Assembly (NCBI GenBank): GCA_018819305.1
Contig: JAHJQO010000033.1
Span: 1,430 to 65,429, forward strand
Length of the DNA: 64,000 nt
DNA from: Nanobdellota archaeon
GTDB taxonomy: Archaea > Nanobdellota > Nanobdellia > Woesearchaeales > SM23-78
Direction of reading: 5' to 3'
Part shown: in pieces, positions 1-8,682 of the stretch
Position numbering within the stretch: the first letter of the stretch is position 1
Layout of the letters: each line of letters opens with the position of its first letter
Program-made: the position numbers and the translations under genes
Notes under the pieces: model-generated
The model's database searches: none
The model's input: the letters and a program-made list of their open reading frames with translations, nothing else
Told to the model about the DNA's origin: nothing

Positions 1-1293
1 TTTATCTCCATCTGTTGCATAGATGTAAGCAGTGTAGGTTCCCTGAATATCTGAGCTGATGGTCAGGATTTCCTGGTTCATCTCCGTAGTTATTTCAGCT
101 ATCTCATTTAGGTCATATGCTACTAAGTCTCCGTCAGCATCTGAAAAGTATTCATCCAGATTCAAAGTTGCTGTTTGTGTTGTTGTGATTGTGATGTCAG
201 GAATGTTTTGTATTTGTTCTGGTGCATTGTTTTCTTTGTTTTGCACTACTATTATGTCTGTTATTGTGAGTACACTTCCTTCTTCTAGTTCAACTATTAA
301 GATAGGGTTGCTGTTTTCATTGAGGTTGCATGTGTCTGTGCAGAGCGCCTCGAATGTATAAGTTTCTGTGATTGTTTCATTTGTTTGGTTTGTTTCATTT
401 ATTGTTGTGTTTATTTCTATTTCTGGTTCTTCTGGAATTTCTTCAGGTATTGTTTCATTTGTCTGGTTTGTTTCATTCAGAATTTGTTCTATGACTGTGA
501 ATGCACTTTCTAATCTGAGAATATCATCAGGCAATACAATGAGTGCTACAATTGTGTGTTCTCCTGTTTGTTCTGTTATGTAACTATCATCGTCTAATTG
601 TTGAGTTTCTTCTCCATAAGACACATACACGGATCTGTCATCTGCTTCAGGTTCTATTGTTATATATACAGTTTCTCCAAGTGCATATTCATTTTTATCT
701 GTGCTGATTAAGTATTCTGGTTCTTCTGCTATTACAAGTCCTGAGATTAGATTTTCTTCTTCTTGGTTTGTAATATCAGCAACAAGGTATTCTATATCTC
801 CAATTCTGAGCTTTACTATTGCTCCTGTTCCTTCTAAGATTCCACTTATTTTCAGACTGGTTATTTTTTCTAACTCAAGTGGTGTTTCTGTGTAATGATC
901 AAATACTCGGTCATATTCTATGAGTTCTTGAACTTCTCTGTCTAATGTTGTAAATCCTGTGAGTGCGTCTGGTGTTGTATAAAGAATTCCAACAATTACA
1001 ATTAGGACAAGCACTATTGCTGCTGCGCTGAAAGTTATTGCTGTTTTCTTTTTTCTCTGACTGTGCTCTTTGTCTTTTATTTTGCTTTGCTCTTCTAGGA
1101 TTTTCTGGTCGATGTATCTTATGAGTTCTTCTTTGTGTTTTCCACCTAGTTTTTCATTGAGCATGACATGATATTCTATTCCATCAATCTGATTGGTTCT
1201 TAGTTTTTCATCTAATTCATTTGTGAACCTGATTATTTCGTTCCTGGTTTCTTCCAGTTTCCTTATGTTCTCTTCAGGGTTTATTGAATTCAT
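1..1293 (-). CDS. Membrane-anchored cell-surface protein, partial (continues beyond left edge)
   Basis: Absent from the ORF track because it is open to position 1. Reverse-strand translation from ATG 1293..1291 reads MNSINPEENIRKLEETRNEIIRF.... It then has one TM helix (TAITFSAAAIVLVLIVIVGILY) and an N/T/E-rich ectodomain with many N-x-T sequons, a duplicated NETNQTNETI block and ...LDEYFSDADGDLVAYD.... Plus-strand ORFs 59..895 are its antisense shadows. Confidence 0.6.
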   Translation of the reverse strand, partial: MNSINPEENIRKLEETRNEIIRFTNELDEKLRTNQIDGIEYHVMLNEKLGGKHKEELIRYIDQKILEEQSKIKDKEHSQRKKKTAITFSAAAIVLVLIVIVGILYTTPDALTGFTTLDREVQELIEYDRVFDHYTETPLELEKITSLKISGILEGTGAIVKLRIGDIEYLVADITNQEEENLISGLVIAEEPEYLISTDKNEYALGETVYITIEPEADDRSVYVSYGEETQQLDDDSYITEQTGEHTIVALIVLPDDILRLESAFTVIEQILNETNQTNETIPEEIPEEPEIEINTTINETNQTNETITETYTFEALCTDTCNLNENSNPILIVELEEGSVLTITDIIVVQNKENNAPEQIQNIPDITITTTQTATLNLDEYFSDADGDLVAYDLNEIAEITTEMNQEILTISSDIQGTYTAYIYATDGDK

Positions 1294-1613
1294 TTTCTCC
1301 TTTTATTCTTTTTTTTAGCATTATTGTATACAGTCCATATTGTGCGGTCATCTCTGTTTAAGGCGCGAGCTATTTCGCTGTATTTTAATCCGATTTCATC
1401 TTTGAGATAAACAACTGTGGATTCCAGTACTCCGTATTGTCTGTTTTGTAGAATTTGTATTGGTATGGTTATTGCATTTTTGTCTTGAGGTGATATCAAT
1501 TCTATCAGTTCTGTACTATTCAAGTCGTGTTTTTCTTTTAGACTTTTTAGAATTAGCTGGAATGCATTATACAGTGAGTCTTCTCTTATTTTTTCGCGTT
1601 TGACAGAATCCAT
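1290..1613 (-). CDS. Small HTH DNA-binding protein (sigma-70 region-4 / LuxR-like C-terminal helix-turn-helix)
   Basis: 107 aa. The C-terminus LKDEIGLKYSEIARALNRDDRTIWTVYNNAKKKNKRRK has the pattern of a region-4-type HTH followed by a basic tail. Its stop overlaps the start of the downstream surface-protein gene (ATGA at 1290..1293). Confidence 0.55.
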   Translation of the reverse strand: MDSVKREKIREDSLYNAFQLILKSLKEKHDLNSTELIELISPQDKNAITIPIQILQNRQYGVLESTVVYLKDEIGLKYSEIARALNRDDRTIWTVYNNAKKKNKRRK

Positions 1614-1617
1614 ATTA

Positions 1618-1801
1618 TTACTTATTATATAAGTATTTATAGTTTTTTTAACTTATTTAAATGTATTTTTTATGGTTAAAAATTCATTTTTTACTTATTA
1701 TGTAAGTTTTTATATTTAAATCTTTCTATTTTTTACTTATTTATTTTATTTTGAAGCTTTTTTTACCTATTATATAAGTATTTAATATGAATTTTACTTA
1801 T
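1618..1801. promoter_or_regulatory. Array of six T-tract+ACTTAT motifs, three extended to the palindrome ACTTAT-TAT-ATAAGT, in a divergent promoter region
   Basis: ACTTAT/ACCTAT starts at 1620, 1651, 1693, 1735, 1765 and 1796, all in the same orientation and each preceded by a T run. Spacings are 31, 42, 42, 30 and 31 bp. Near-identical 22-mers TTAC(T/C)TATTATATAAGTATTTA lie at 1618..1639 and 1763..1784. Confidence 0.5.
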
Positions 1802-1809
1802 TAAAAAAT

Positions 1810-2796
1810 ATGGAAACTCATTTAAAAACCAACATTTCACTGTTAGCTATGATCAATGATGCAAAGAAAAAAGACCTTGAAAAACAAGGATATAGAATAA
1901 TTGGCAATCATTCAGCAATCAAAGTATGCTTGTGGTGCAAAAAAAGCATCAGAGATGAAGGAACTTGCTATAAGCAAAAGTTTTATGGTATTAATTCCCA
2001 TAGATGCGTGCAAATGACTCCGAGCCTGCCTTTTTGCACTCTGCGATGTTGCTGGTGCTGGAGAGACATTGAACATACAATCCCGAAATGGATAGGACCA
2101 ATTGATTCTCCAAAAAAAATTGTTGATGAATGCATTAAAGCTCATGTAAAGTTTTTGCAGGGCTTTGGCGGAAATGTAAAATCAGATAAAAAAAAATATT
2201 CAGAAGCACAAAAACCTTTGCACTTTGCAATTAGTTTAGCAGGAGAGCCAACACTTTACCCTAAACTGCCTGAGCTTATCAAAGAGATACATGCTCAAGG
2301 CATGAGCTCATTTCTAGTTACTAATGGCACAAACCCTGAAATGCTGGAAAAAATAAAAACAAATCCACCCACACAATTATATATAACACTTCCTGCACCA
2401 AATGAATTAATTTTCATGAAGATGTGTTCTCCGCTTATCAAAGGCTTATGGCAAAACATAATTCAATCTCTTAAACTAATGAAAGGATTAAAAGACAAAA
2501 CTCGCACAACCATAAGACTTACATTAGCCAAAGATGTTAATATGCTTCATCCAGAACAATATGCAGAACTTATTAAAATCGCAGACCCTTTGTTTGTTGA
2601 AGTCAAAGCCTATATGCATGTCGGATATTCAAAAAAACGTCTTGAGATTGGAAACATGCCTATTCATTCTGAAATAAAAGAATTTGCAAATCAGCTTGCT
2701 AAGCATCTGGATTATAAATATATAGACGAGCAAATACCTTCAAGAGTTGTTTTGTTGATGAAAAAAGATGTAAAAGATAGGAAGATGGAATTCTAG
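1810..2796 (+). CDS. taw1: tRNA 4-demethylwyosine synthase (radical SAM, Taw1/TYW1)
   Basis: 328 aa. N-terminal ...GYRIIGNHSAIKVCLWCKKS...CYKQKFYGINSHRCVQMTP... plus the radical-SAM cluster motif CTLRCCWCWR, followed by LAGEPTLYP, are characteristic of archaeal Taw1. Confidence 0.9.
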   Translation: METHLKTNISLLAMINDAKKKDLEKQGYRIIGNHSAIKVCLWCKKSIRDEGTCYKQKFYGINSHRCVQMTPSLPFCTLRCCWCWRDIEHTIPKWIGPIDSPKKIVDECIKAHVKFLQGFGGNVKSDKKKYSEAQKPLHFAISLAGEPTLYPKLPELIKEIHAQGMSSFLVTNGTNPEMLEKIKTNPPTQLYITLPAPNELIFMKMCSPLIKGLWQNIIQSLKLMKGLKDKTRTTIRLTLAKDVNMLHPEQYAELIKIADPLFVEVKAYMHVGYSKKRLEIGNMPIHSEIKEFANQLAKHLDYKYIDEQIPSRVVLLMKKDVKDRKMEF

Positions 2797-2799
2797 AAA

Positions 2800-3231
2800 A
2801 TGCAGCATTTAGCCATACTTAGAAAATCCTGGAAGCTTGCCCAAAAAATTCTTTCTGGGGAAAAAAAGATAGAATCCAGATGGTACAATGCAAAATATGC
2901 TCCATGGGATAGAATAAAAAAAGGAGATATAATTTATTTCAAGAATTCAGGGGAACCTGTGACTATAAAAGCAGAAGTAAGAAAAGTAATTCAATTTTCA
3001 GGGCTAACTCCTTCAAAAGTCAGGATGATTCTAGATGAGCATCATTCAGGGCTTGGTATTCCTAAAGCAACATTATCTAAATTTGTTGAGCGCTTTAAAA
3101 ATAAAAATTACTGTGTGCTTATTTTCTTGAATAATCCTCAAAAAATCAAGCCTTTTGATATTGACAAGAAAGGATTTGGATTGATGTCTGCATGGATAAC
3201 TATTGATGATTTAAATAAGATTAAAAGGTGA
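2800..3231 (+). CDS. ASCH (PUA-like fold) domain protein
   Basis: 143 aa. The pattern ILSGEKKIESRW...KKGDIIYF...VTIKAEVRKV matches the ASCH signature (I-x-G-x-K-x-E-x-R, then GD-x-I). It starts 3 nt after the taw1 stop, so it is probably co-transcribed. Confidence 0.6.
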   Translation: MQHLAILRKSWKLAQKILSGEKKIESRWYNAKYAPWDRIKKGDIIYFKNSGEPVTIKAEVRKVIQFSGLTPSKVRMILDEHHSGLGIPKATLSKFVERFKNKNYCVLIFLNNPQKIKPFDIDKKGFGLMSAWITIDDLNKIKR

Positions 3232-3271
3232 ATTTCTAAGAACAGATTTTTAAAACAAAAAATTTATAAAC

Positions 3272-3934
3272 TTGATAGTGATAACACATAATGAATTACA
3301 GGTGATAAAAATAATTAATCCATTTTCCAGCAGGGAAATTAAGAAAAGAATTCTTTTAAGAACTGCCAGACATAAAAAGAAACTAGCAATAACTGAGGAC
3401 AAAGAAAGAATAACTGACCGGAAGAGAGATCCTTCTTTTGAATACAGGTGGTTTGGCACATCATATCACAATTCAAGTATTAACTGGTTAGATGCAGGAA
3501 GAGGTTATTTCGAAGCTGCAGAATTAACTTTAAAGTCATGTTCTCAGCAAAGAAGGTATGCAAAAGCATTATCCTGTTATAAACATTTTTTTGTAGATCG
3601 TTTTCAATTAGAAAATATTATTGAAAAAGACACCTCCCGGATAATCGCAACAGTTTTGAGAGAGCCAATAGACATTACAGATCATTTTGGAAGATTATAC
3701 AATATTGCACAACAAATGAAAAATGAAAAATTGACGGAAATCACATCTAAAATATTAACTCATGCTCCTAATATGAATGTGGAAGGATCTTTAGAAGATT
3801 ACATAAACAAAACGCTACCTAAACCTGGTGAAGGAGTGATTTCAAATCCAGTTAAAAGACTTTATTTTAATCTCCTTTGGTCTTTTGGTTTTTATAATTC
3901 GGCTTTGTCTTTAAAACGTGCAAATGACAAATAA
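3272..3934 (+). CDS. Hypothetical protein
   Basis: 220-aa ORF from the track (apparent non-ATG start). I recognise no motif. The start is uncertain because the first 120 aa contain no internal Met. Confidence 0.35.
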   Translation: MIVITHNELQVIKIINPFSSREIKKRILLRTARHKKKLAITEDKERITDRKRDPSFEYRWFGTSYHNSSINWLDAGRGYFEAAELTLKSCSQQRRYAKALSCYKHFFVDRFQLENIIEKDTSRIIATVLREPIDITDHFGRLYNIAQQMKNEKLTEITSKILTHAPNMNVEGSLEDYINKTLPKPGEGVISNPVKRLYFNLLWSFGFYNSALSLKRANDK

Positions 3935-3957
3935 GTTCGCCAATCAATTACTTCTAT

Positions 3958-4545
3958 CTAAACCTCAATCAACTTACCTTGATGGCCGGCATTAATTACT
4001 ATTGTTTTGCCAATCTTGTCCTGGGCACCGTCATTTTCATGCAGATGACCGCAGATAACTATCATTGGCTTTTCTTCTTTTATGAATTTTGTGTAGCTCT
4101 TGTTGCCTGCGTGCTCTCCGAGAATCATGTCTGTCTTGTTGCCATACGGCGGGCCGTGAAATACCATGACTAGTTTTTTCCCTTCTTTTTTCTTTATGAT
4201 TTTTTCTGCAAACTTTTCAAACTCCTTGTCTGTCAAAGCAAATCCTCCTCCGCCATATCCGACAAAAAGGATGTTTTCTTTTTCATAGAAATCCTTGTGA
4301 AAATAAATAAGGTTATTGTGTTTTTTGCATGCTTCTCTAAGTCTTTCTTCTGACTCGTGGTTTCCGTGCAGAACAAGAACAGGCTTGTTAAAGCTGTCTA
4401 TTTCTTTAAGCATCTTGCTCATATGGCCTTCAAAAATAGTCATGTCACCAGCACAAATAACAAGGTCTGCCTTGGCTGATTTTTTCTTGAGTTTTTTCAG
4501 AGCATTAACATCTCCGTGCGTGTCTACAAATGCGAGTATTATCAT
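3958..4545 (-). CDS. Metallophosphoesterase (calcineurin-like, YfcE/MJ0936-type)
   Basis: 195 aa with the full motif set: DTHGD, AGD, GNHES, FHGPP and GHLHEN. Confidence 0.85.
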   Translation of the reverse strand: MIILAFVDTHGDVNALKKLKKKSAKADLVICAGDMTIFEGHMSKMLKEIDSFNKPVLVLHGNHESEERLREACKKHNNLIYFHKDFYEKENILFVGYGGGGFALTDKEFEKFAEKIIKKKEGKKLVMVFHGPPYGNKTDMILGEHAGNKSYTKFIKEEKPMIVICGHLHENDGAQDKIGKTIVINAGHQGKLIEV

Positions 4546-4588
4546 TTTAGATACTTAATATTTTGTTTTGATTTTTAAATTTTTAGTA

Positions 4589-5542
4589 TTATTCTTCAAT
4601 ATCTCTTGGAAGATAGTATTCTTTGTCAATATTGTCAATCTGTATTGACCAGTATTCCTCTATTGAAAACCTGGACCTGAGCTCTTTGATGAGGTCATTG
4701 TTTTTTATGCTTTCAATAATAAGAATTATGTGGTAGTCACCTATTATTTTGATTTGTTCAATTATATTCAGGTTCCTGATTCCAAACTCCACTAGCTTGT
4801 TGATTTCACCAACACCAATTCCTGATAATTTAAGAAGCAGGAGTGATCTGTTGATTCCCAGCGCCTTGTGGTTCAGAATGCAGCTGTATCCTCGGATTAT
4901 TCTGAGTTTTTCCAGTTTTTTCTTGATGTTAATAACGCTTTTGACAGAGATTTTGGTGGATTTGGCAATAGATGTATAGCTTGCAGTGGGTGTTTTGATT
5001 AGTTCTTTGAGAATGCTTTTTTCATTTGTTGATAATATGTTGACCTCCCTGTCACCGCAGATAACAATATCTGTGCCTGTACAATGTTCGATAAGATAGC
5101 ACCTGTCATGCTTGTGCTTTACAACAATTGGAAATATGAACTTGGTTTTTACTGTATGGTGTAATTTGTGTATAATTTCAGAATGTATTTTATTGAATGC
5201 AGAAAGGTTTTGGACGCAATATTCAACAATAAAATCAACACCGCGGGATGCTTCTTTGATTGATATGATTGAGTTTGTGTTTTTTAAAACATCTATTACT
5301 TCTGCCCTGATTTTTGCATCAAATTTTACATAGTTGAAGCCCACTATTATGTTTATGAATCCGAGCTTAATCGGGTCTACAATAGTTATTTCATTTTTGA
5401 CAAGTTTCTTCTTTTTAAGCTGGTGGATGATGTATGAAGCTGACTGCTGGCTGGACTTAATATGCTTGCTTAATTCTTTTGTAGATATTCTGATGTTACT
5501 TGAGAGGAGAAAAATAGCATTTTTCAATTTTTTCTTAATCAT
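4589..5542 (-). CDS. Duplicated Lrp/AsnC-like transcriptional regulator (two HTH + ligand-domain modules)
   Basis: 317 aa. Two repeats of a winged-HTH segment (ISTKELSKHIKSSQQSASYIIHQLKKKKLV; ASYTSIAKSTKISVKSVINIKKKLEKLRII) are each followed by a beta-alpha-beta-like segment typical of the Lrp RAM domain. It is divergent from the 5698..9524 operon. Confidence 0.55.
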   Translation of the reverse strand: MIKKKLKNAIFLLSSNIRISTKELSKHIKSSQQSASYIIHQLKKKKLVKNEITIVDPIKLGFINIIVGFNYVKFDAKIRAEVIDVLKNTNSIISIKEASRGVDFIVEYCVQNLSAFNKIHSEIIHKLHHTVKTKFIFPIVVKHKHDRCYLIEHCTGTDIVICGDREVNILSTNEKSILKELIKTPTASYTSIAKSTKISVKSVINIKKKLEKLRIIRGYSCILNHKALGINRSLLLLKLSGIGVGEINKLVEFGIRNLNIIEQIKIIGDYHIILIIESIKNNDLIKELRSRFSIEEYWSIQIDNIDKEYYLPRDIEE

Positions 5543-5697
5543 ATTTGGTAGAATTGGACTAAGTTTATAAATAACTTTTCATTTTAACCAATATATTTCT
5601 CGAAATTTTTATATTTTAGTTGTGTGTTTTGATGTATTCAGAGTAAAGTTATAGGTATACATAGACTTTTCTGATCAGAAACACTGGGTGGGCTTGA

Positions 5698-6633
5698 ATG
5701 GAATCCGATTTAGATAAAATTGTCTATATGTCTGTAGAAGAAGGGTTTTTAGAATCTTCTCAAGATTCATATTTGACTAGCAAAAGAATAGTTCGAAAAA
5801 TTAGTGAATTAGTAACTCTTTTTTTAGTCCATCCTGCAGATTATGATTTAAATTCTATGAAAATAAAGAATGTTTATCTCTTTGAGGGGGAGAAATTAAA
5901 GCAAGAGAAAAATTCACATATTCCTCAAGGAGATATGTTTATAATATACGGTGATGAGACGTCAAAGAACGTCGGGCTTGATTTTGGAAGAAGCCAGTAT
6001 GCATTTTTAAAGAAACTACAAGAACAAGGCAATTTCAAACATTTTTTCAACACGCCTCAAGCAGAAGAAAACACAATGAAAGATGCATTGGTTGAGTTTT
6101 CAAAAAACCATATTCTGCAGATTGCAGATACATTTCGTTTTAATGATTATGAAACAACAGAGGATATGCTTCATAAGTATGGTTCACTGGTTCTGAAACC
6201 CATATTTGGATGCAGGGGATCTGGTGTGCATCTAATACATCGTTTGGATGATCTGCAAAAACTTGATGTAGGATTGGATTTTATTAAAGGAAACTATGTA
6301 TTGCAGGAGCCTTTGCAAGGTCCTGAGAAAAGATTGGTGCTTTTAGGAGGGTCTCTTCTTTGTTCTAGGGTTCATTATAATAGAAAAACACCCTGGAATC
6401 AGGATAATAAACAGGAAACTTATGTTTATACTCCTTCAGATAGGGAACTGGAGCTCTCTCAGAAAATAGCAGAAAAAGCAGGTTTAGAATTGGCAGGGAT
6501 AGATTTCATCGGTGAAAAGGTGAATGAGATAAATGGCACGGGAAGTGGTTTGGTCATCTATAATCATCATAATGAGCTTTTGTATGATAAATCAGATGCT
6601 TTTGTTCAAAGGGTAATTAGCAATTTAAAATGA
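5698..6633 (+). CDS. ATP-grasp ligase (glutathione synthetase/RimK-like)
   Basis: 311 aa. LVLKPIFGCRGSGVHLI (P-loop-like ATP-grasp motif), YVLQEPLQGPEKRLVLLGGSLL and GLELAGIDFIGEKVNEINGTGSG align by eye to GshB/RimK core motifs. Confidence 0.7.
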   Translation: MESDLDKIVYMSVEEGFLESSQDSYLTSKRIVRKISELVTLFLVHPADYDLNSMKIKNVYLFEGEKLKQEKNSHIPQGDMFIIYGDETSKNVGLDFGRSQYAFLKKLQEQGNFKHFFNTPQAEENTMKDALVEFSKNHILQIADTFRFNDYETTEDMLHKYGSLVLKPIFGCRGSGVHLIHRLDDLQKLDVGLDFIKGNYVLQEPLQGPEKRLVLLGGSLLCSRVHYNRKTPWNQDNKQETYVYTPSDRELELSQKIAEKAGLELAGIDFIGEKVNEINGTGSGLVIYNHHNELLYDKSDAFVQRVISNLK

Positions 6634-7715
6634 GGAAAATAACTGTTGTTGGAGCTGGTAAAGGAGGTCATGCAATAGCAGGTTATACAGCTCTTCTGGG
6701 TAATGAAGTAACTTTGCTTACACATACTAAAAGAAAAGCTGATATAATGAAAGAACGAAATAATCAGATACTGCTGCAGGGTATTATTAATGGAGAAGCA
6801 CAGCTTAAAGAAACTACGATGAATGTCGAAAGTGCTGTAAGAGACAGCGAGTTAATATTTATTGTTACTGATGCTACTGCGCATCAAGCATATGCAAAAA
6901 AAATGGCTCCTTATCTCCAGAATCAAAAAGTGATTCTTATCTCGCCTGGTGTTGGCGGTGCGCTAGAATTTTATAAGATTATTAAAGAATTCAATCCAGA
7001 AGCAGATGTTACTGTTAGCGAGACAGATACTTTGATATATGCATGTAACGTTCCTCAGATTGGCGAATCTCATATAAAAGCACAAAAAAACAGCATTATT
7101 TTCACAACCATGCCTGAAAATAAATCAATAGAATCTGAAATACAAAGGTTATATCCTCAATTTAAGGATGTGAATGAACCTTTAATGGGAGTTGATGACA
7201 GTCCTGTGTTCCATATCTGCGGAATGATATTTAATGCAGACCGAATTAACAAAAAAGAAGATTTCAATTTCTATATTGATGGAATCACACCCGACGTAGC
7301 CAGATATATGGAGGAAATGGATGAAGAAAGATGTGAAATTGCAAAAGCTTTAGGGATTTCATACAGACCTATAAAACAATGGCTTAATATTGTATATGGC
7401 GTTCCTGTATCTGATTTATACATGATGATTCAGCATACACCTCCTTATCAGAATACTCTGGAAATGCCCAATAGAAGTCCTGCGCCAAAAAGTTTAATCC
7501 ACAGATATCTTATAGAAGAAATTCTTTTAAGAGCAGTGCCAACTTCATCTATTGGTAAAGCTTTGGAAATAGAAACCCCCAAATACGATGAGATGATACA
7601 AAGAGCCACAGATCTGACAGGGATTAATTTCCGGGAACAAGGAAGAAAAATAGAAGACATGGGCTTAAATCAAGAGCAGATAATTAACTGGAAATATAGA
7701 ACGAGAAATATATGA
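6630..7715 (+). CDS. Opine dehydrogenase family oxidoreductase (Octopine_DH; NAD(P)-dependent)
   Basis: 361 aa. Has the Rossmann motif VVGAGKGGHAIAGY. LISPGVGGALEFYKIIKE, YIDGITPDVARYMEEMDEERCEIAKALG and REQGRKIEDMGL track the Arthrobacter opine dehydrogenase sequence as I recall it. ATGA overlap with the upstream gene. Confidence 0.8.
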   Translation: MRKITVVGAGKGGHAIAGYTALLGNEVTLLTHTKRKADIMKERNNQILLQGIINGEAQLKETTMNVESAVRDSELIFIVTDATAHQAYAKKMAPYLQNQKVILISPGVGGALEFYKIIKEFNPEADVTVSETDTLIYACNVPQIGESHIKAQKNSIIFTTMPENKSIESEIQRLYPQFKDVNEPLMGVDDSPVFHICGMIFNADRINKKEDFNFYIDGITPDVARYMEEMDEERCEIAKALGISYRPIKQWLNIVYGVPVSDLYMMIQHTPPYQNTLEMPNRSPAPKSLIHRYLIEEILLRAVPTSSIGKALEIETPKYDEMIQRATDLTGINFREQGRKIEDMGLNQEQIINWKYRTRNI

Positions 7716-7755
7716 AGAGGACTGTATCGGTATTGTAATTGGTGTTTATGTAAAA

Positions 7756-8682
7756 ATGATGAATATTGGCTATCTTGCTGTCGGGGAAATTAAAAAGGAA
7801 TTTATGTTTGATGATAAAGGAGATGCTGGTATTGCAAAAGCACTTGCAAATAATCATGAAGTTTATGCTTTTTCACAAGAACAGACTGATGGGGATTTTG
7901 TTTATGAAGCATATAGTGTCAGCAGAGGAAAAAGAGTTACAGTAAGAAAACAAATGAATGATTTTTTAGACGTCCTTTTTATTGCTGGTTTTCGAAAACC
8001 TAATGAGAATCGAGATGAGGTATATGATTTTATGCGAGTTATGGACAACATAGATATTCCTGTTATAAACCCGCCTGATAATTTCTTTTCTTTAGATGAT
8101 AAAAAATATCTTTTTCGATTGCAAGAAAAAGGCATTCCCTTTCCAAAGACAGAATTGGTTTCTTCTAAAGATGGATTAATTAATTTAATTTCCTCTGCTA
8201 CGCAAGAGCACAAGATTATTGTAAAACCAGTTAGAGGACAGGGCGGCAAGGGAATAGAGCGTTTTCCCGGCGGAGATGAAGAACTTATTCTGTCTTTTTT
8301 ACAAGAACAAAAAGAAGTTTTTGTCCAGACTTATATTCCTGAAATTGTTAATGGAGAAATTAATGTTATTTGTTTTGATTATGATATTAAGTATGCTATA
8401 AAAAAAGTTCCTAAGGATTTTCTTTCAAACTGGGCGCACGCATCCAGAGTAGAAGAAACTGAATTAAATGAAGATGATAAAGAATTTGTTATGAACATTC
8501 TTAGTTCAGAAGAATTTCTGCCTAAGGTAACGAGAGTTGATTTCGTAAGAACATATGCCAGCCCGTTTTTAATGGAGATTTCTGCAAATCGCCCAGCTCT
8601 TTACTCAACTGTAATCAATGGAGGCCCTGTAAGGGTGGCGAAGTATCTTGAAGATTTATTAAAAAGGGAAGTTTTCAGATGA
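7756..8682 (+). CDS. ATP-grasp ligase, GshB-like architecture
   Basis: 308 aa. IIVKPVRGQGGKGIERF, VFVQTYIPEIVNGEINVICFDYD and TRVDFVRTYASPFLMEISANRP parallel E. coli GshB IILKPLDGMGGASIFR / AQNYLPAIKDGDKRVLVVDG / VGLDIIGDRLTEINVTSP. Confidence 0.7.
   Translation: MMNIGYLAVGEIKKEFMFDDKGDAGIAKALANNHEVYAFSQEQTDGDFVYEAYSVSRGKRVTVRKQMNDFLDVLFIAGFRKPNENRDEVYDFMRVMDNIDIPVINPPDNFFSLDDKKYLFRLQEKGIPFPKTELVSSKDGLINLISSATQEHKIIVKPVRGQGGKGIERFPGGDEELILSFLQEQKEVFVQTYIPEIVNGEINVICFDYDIKYAIKKVPKDFLSNWAHASRVEETELNEDDKEFVMNILSSEEFLPKVTRVDFVRTYASPFLMEISANRPALYSTVINGGPVRVAKYLEDLLKREVFR

Noticed and set aside
59-895. Three plus-strand ORFs (59..361, 368..583, 701..895) rich in S/V/I/F
   Set aside because: They are antisense shadows of a single long minus-strand ORF (1..1293). 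That ORF has a TM anchor, sensible composition and a coupled start, and the plus-strand products are low-complexity.
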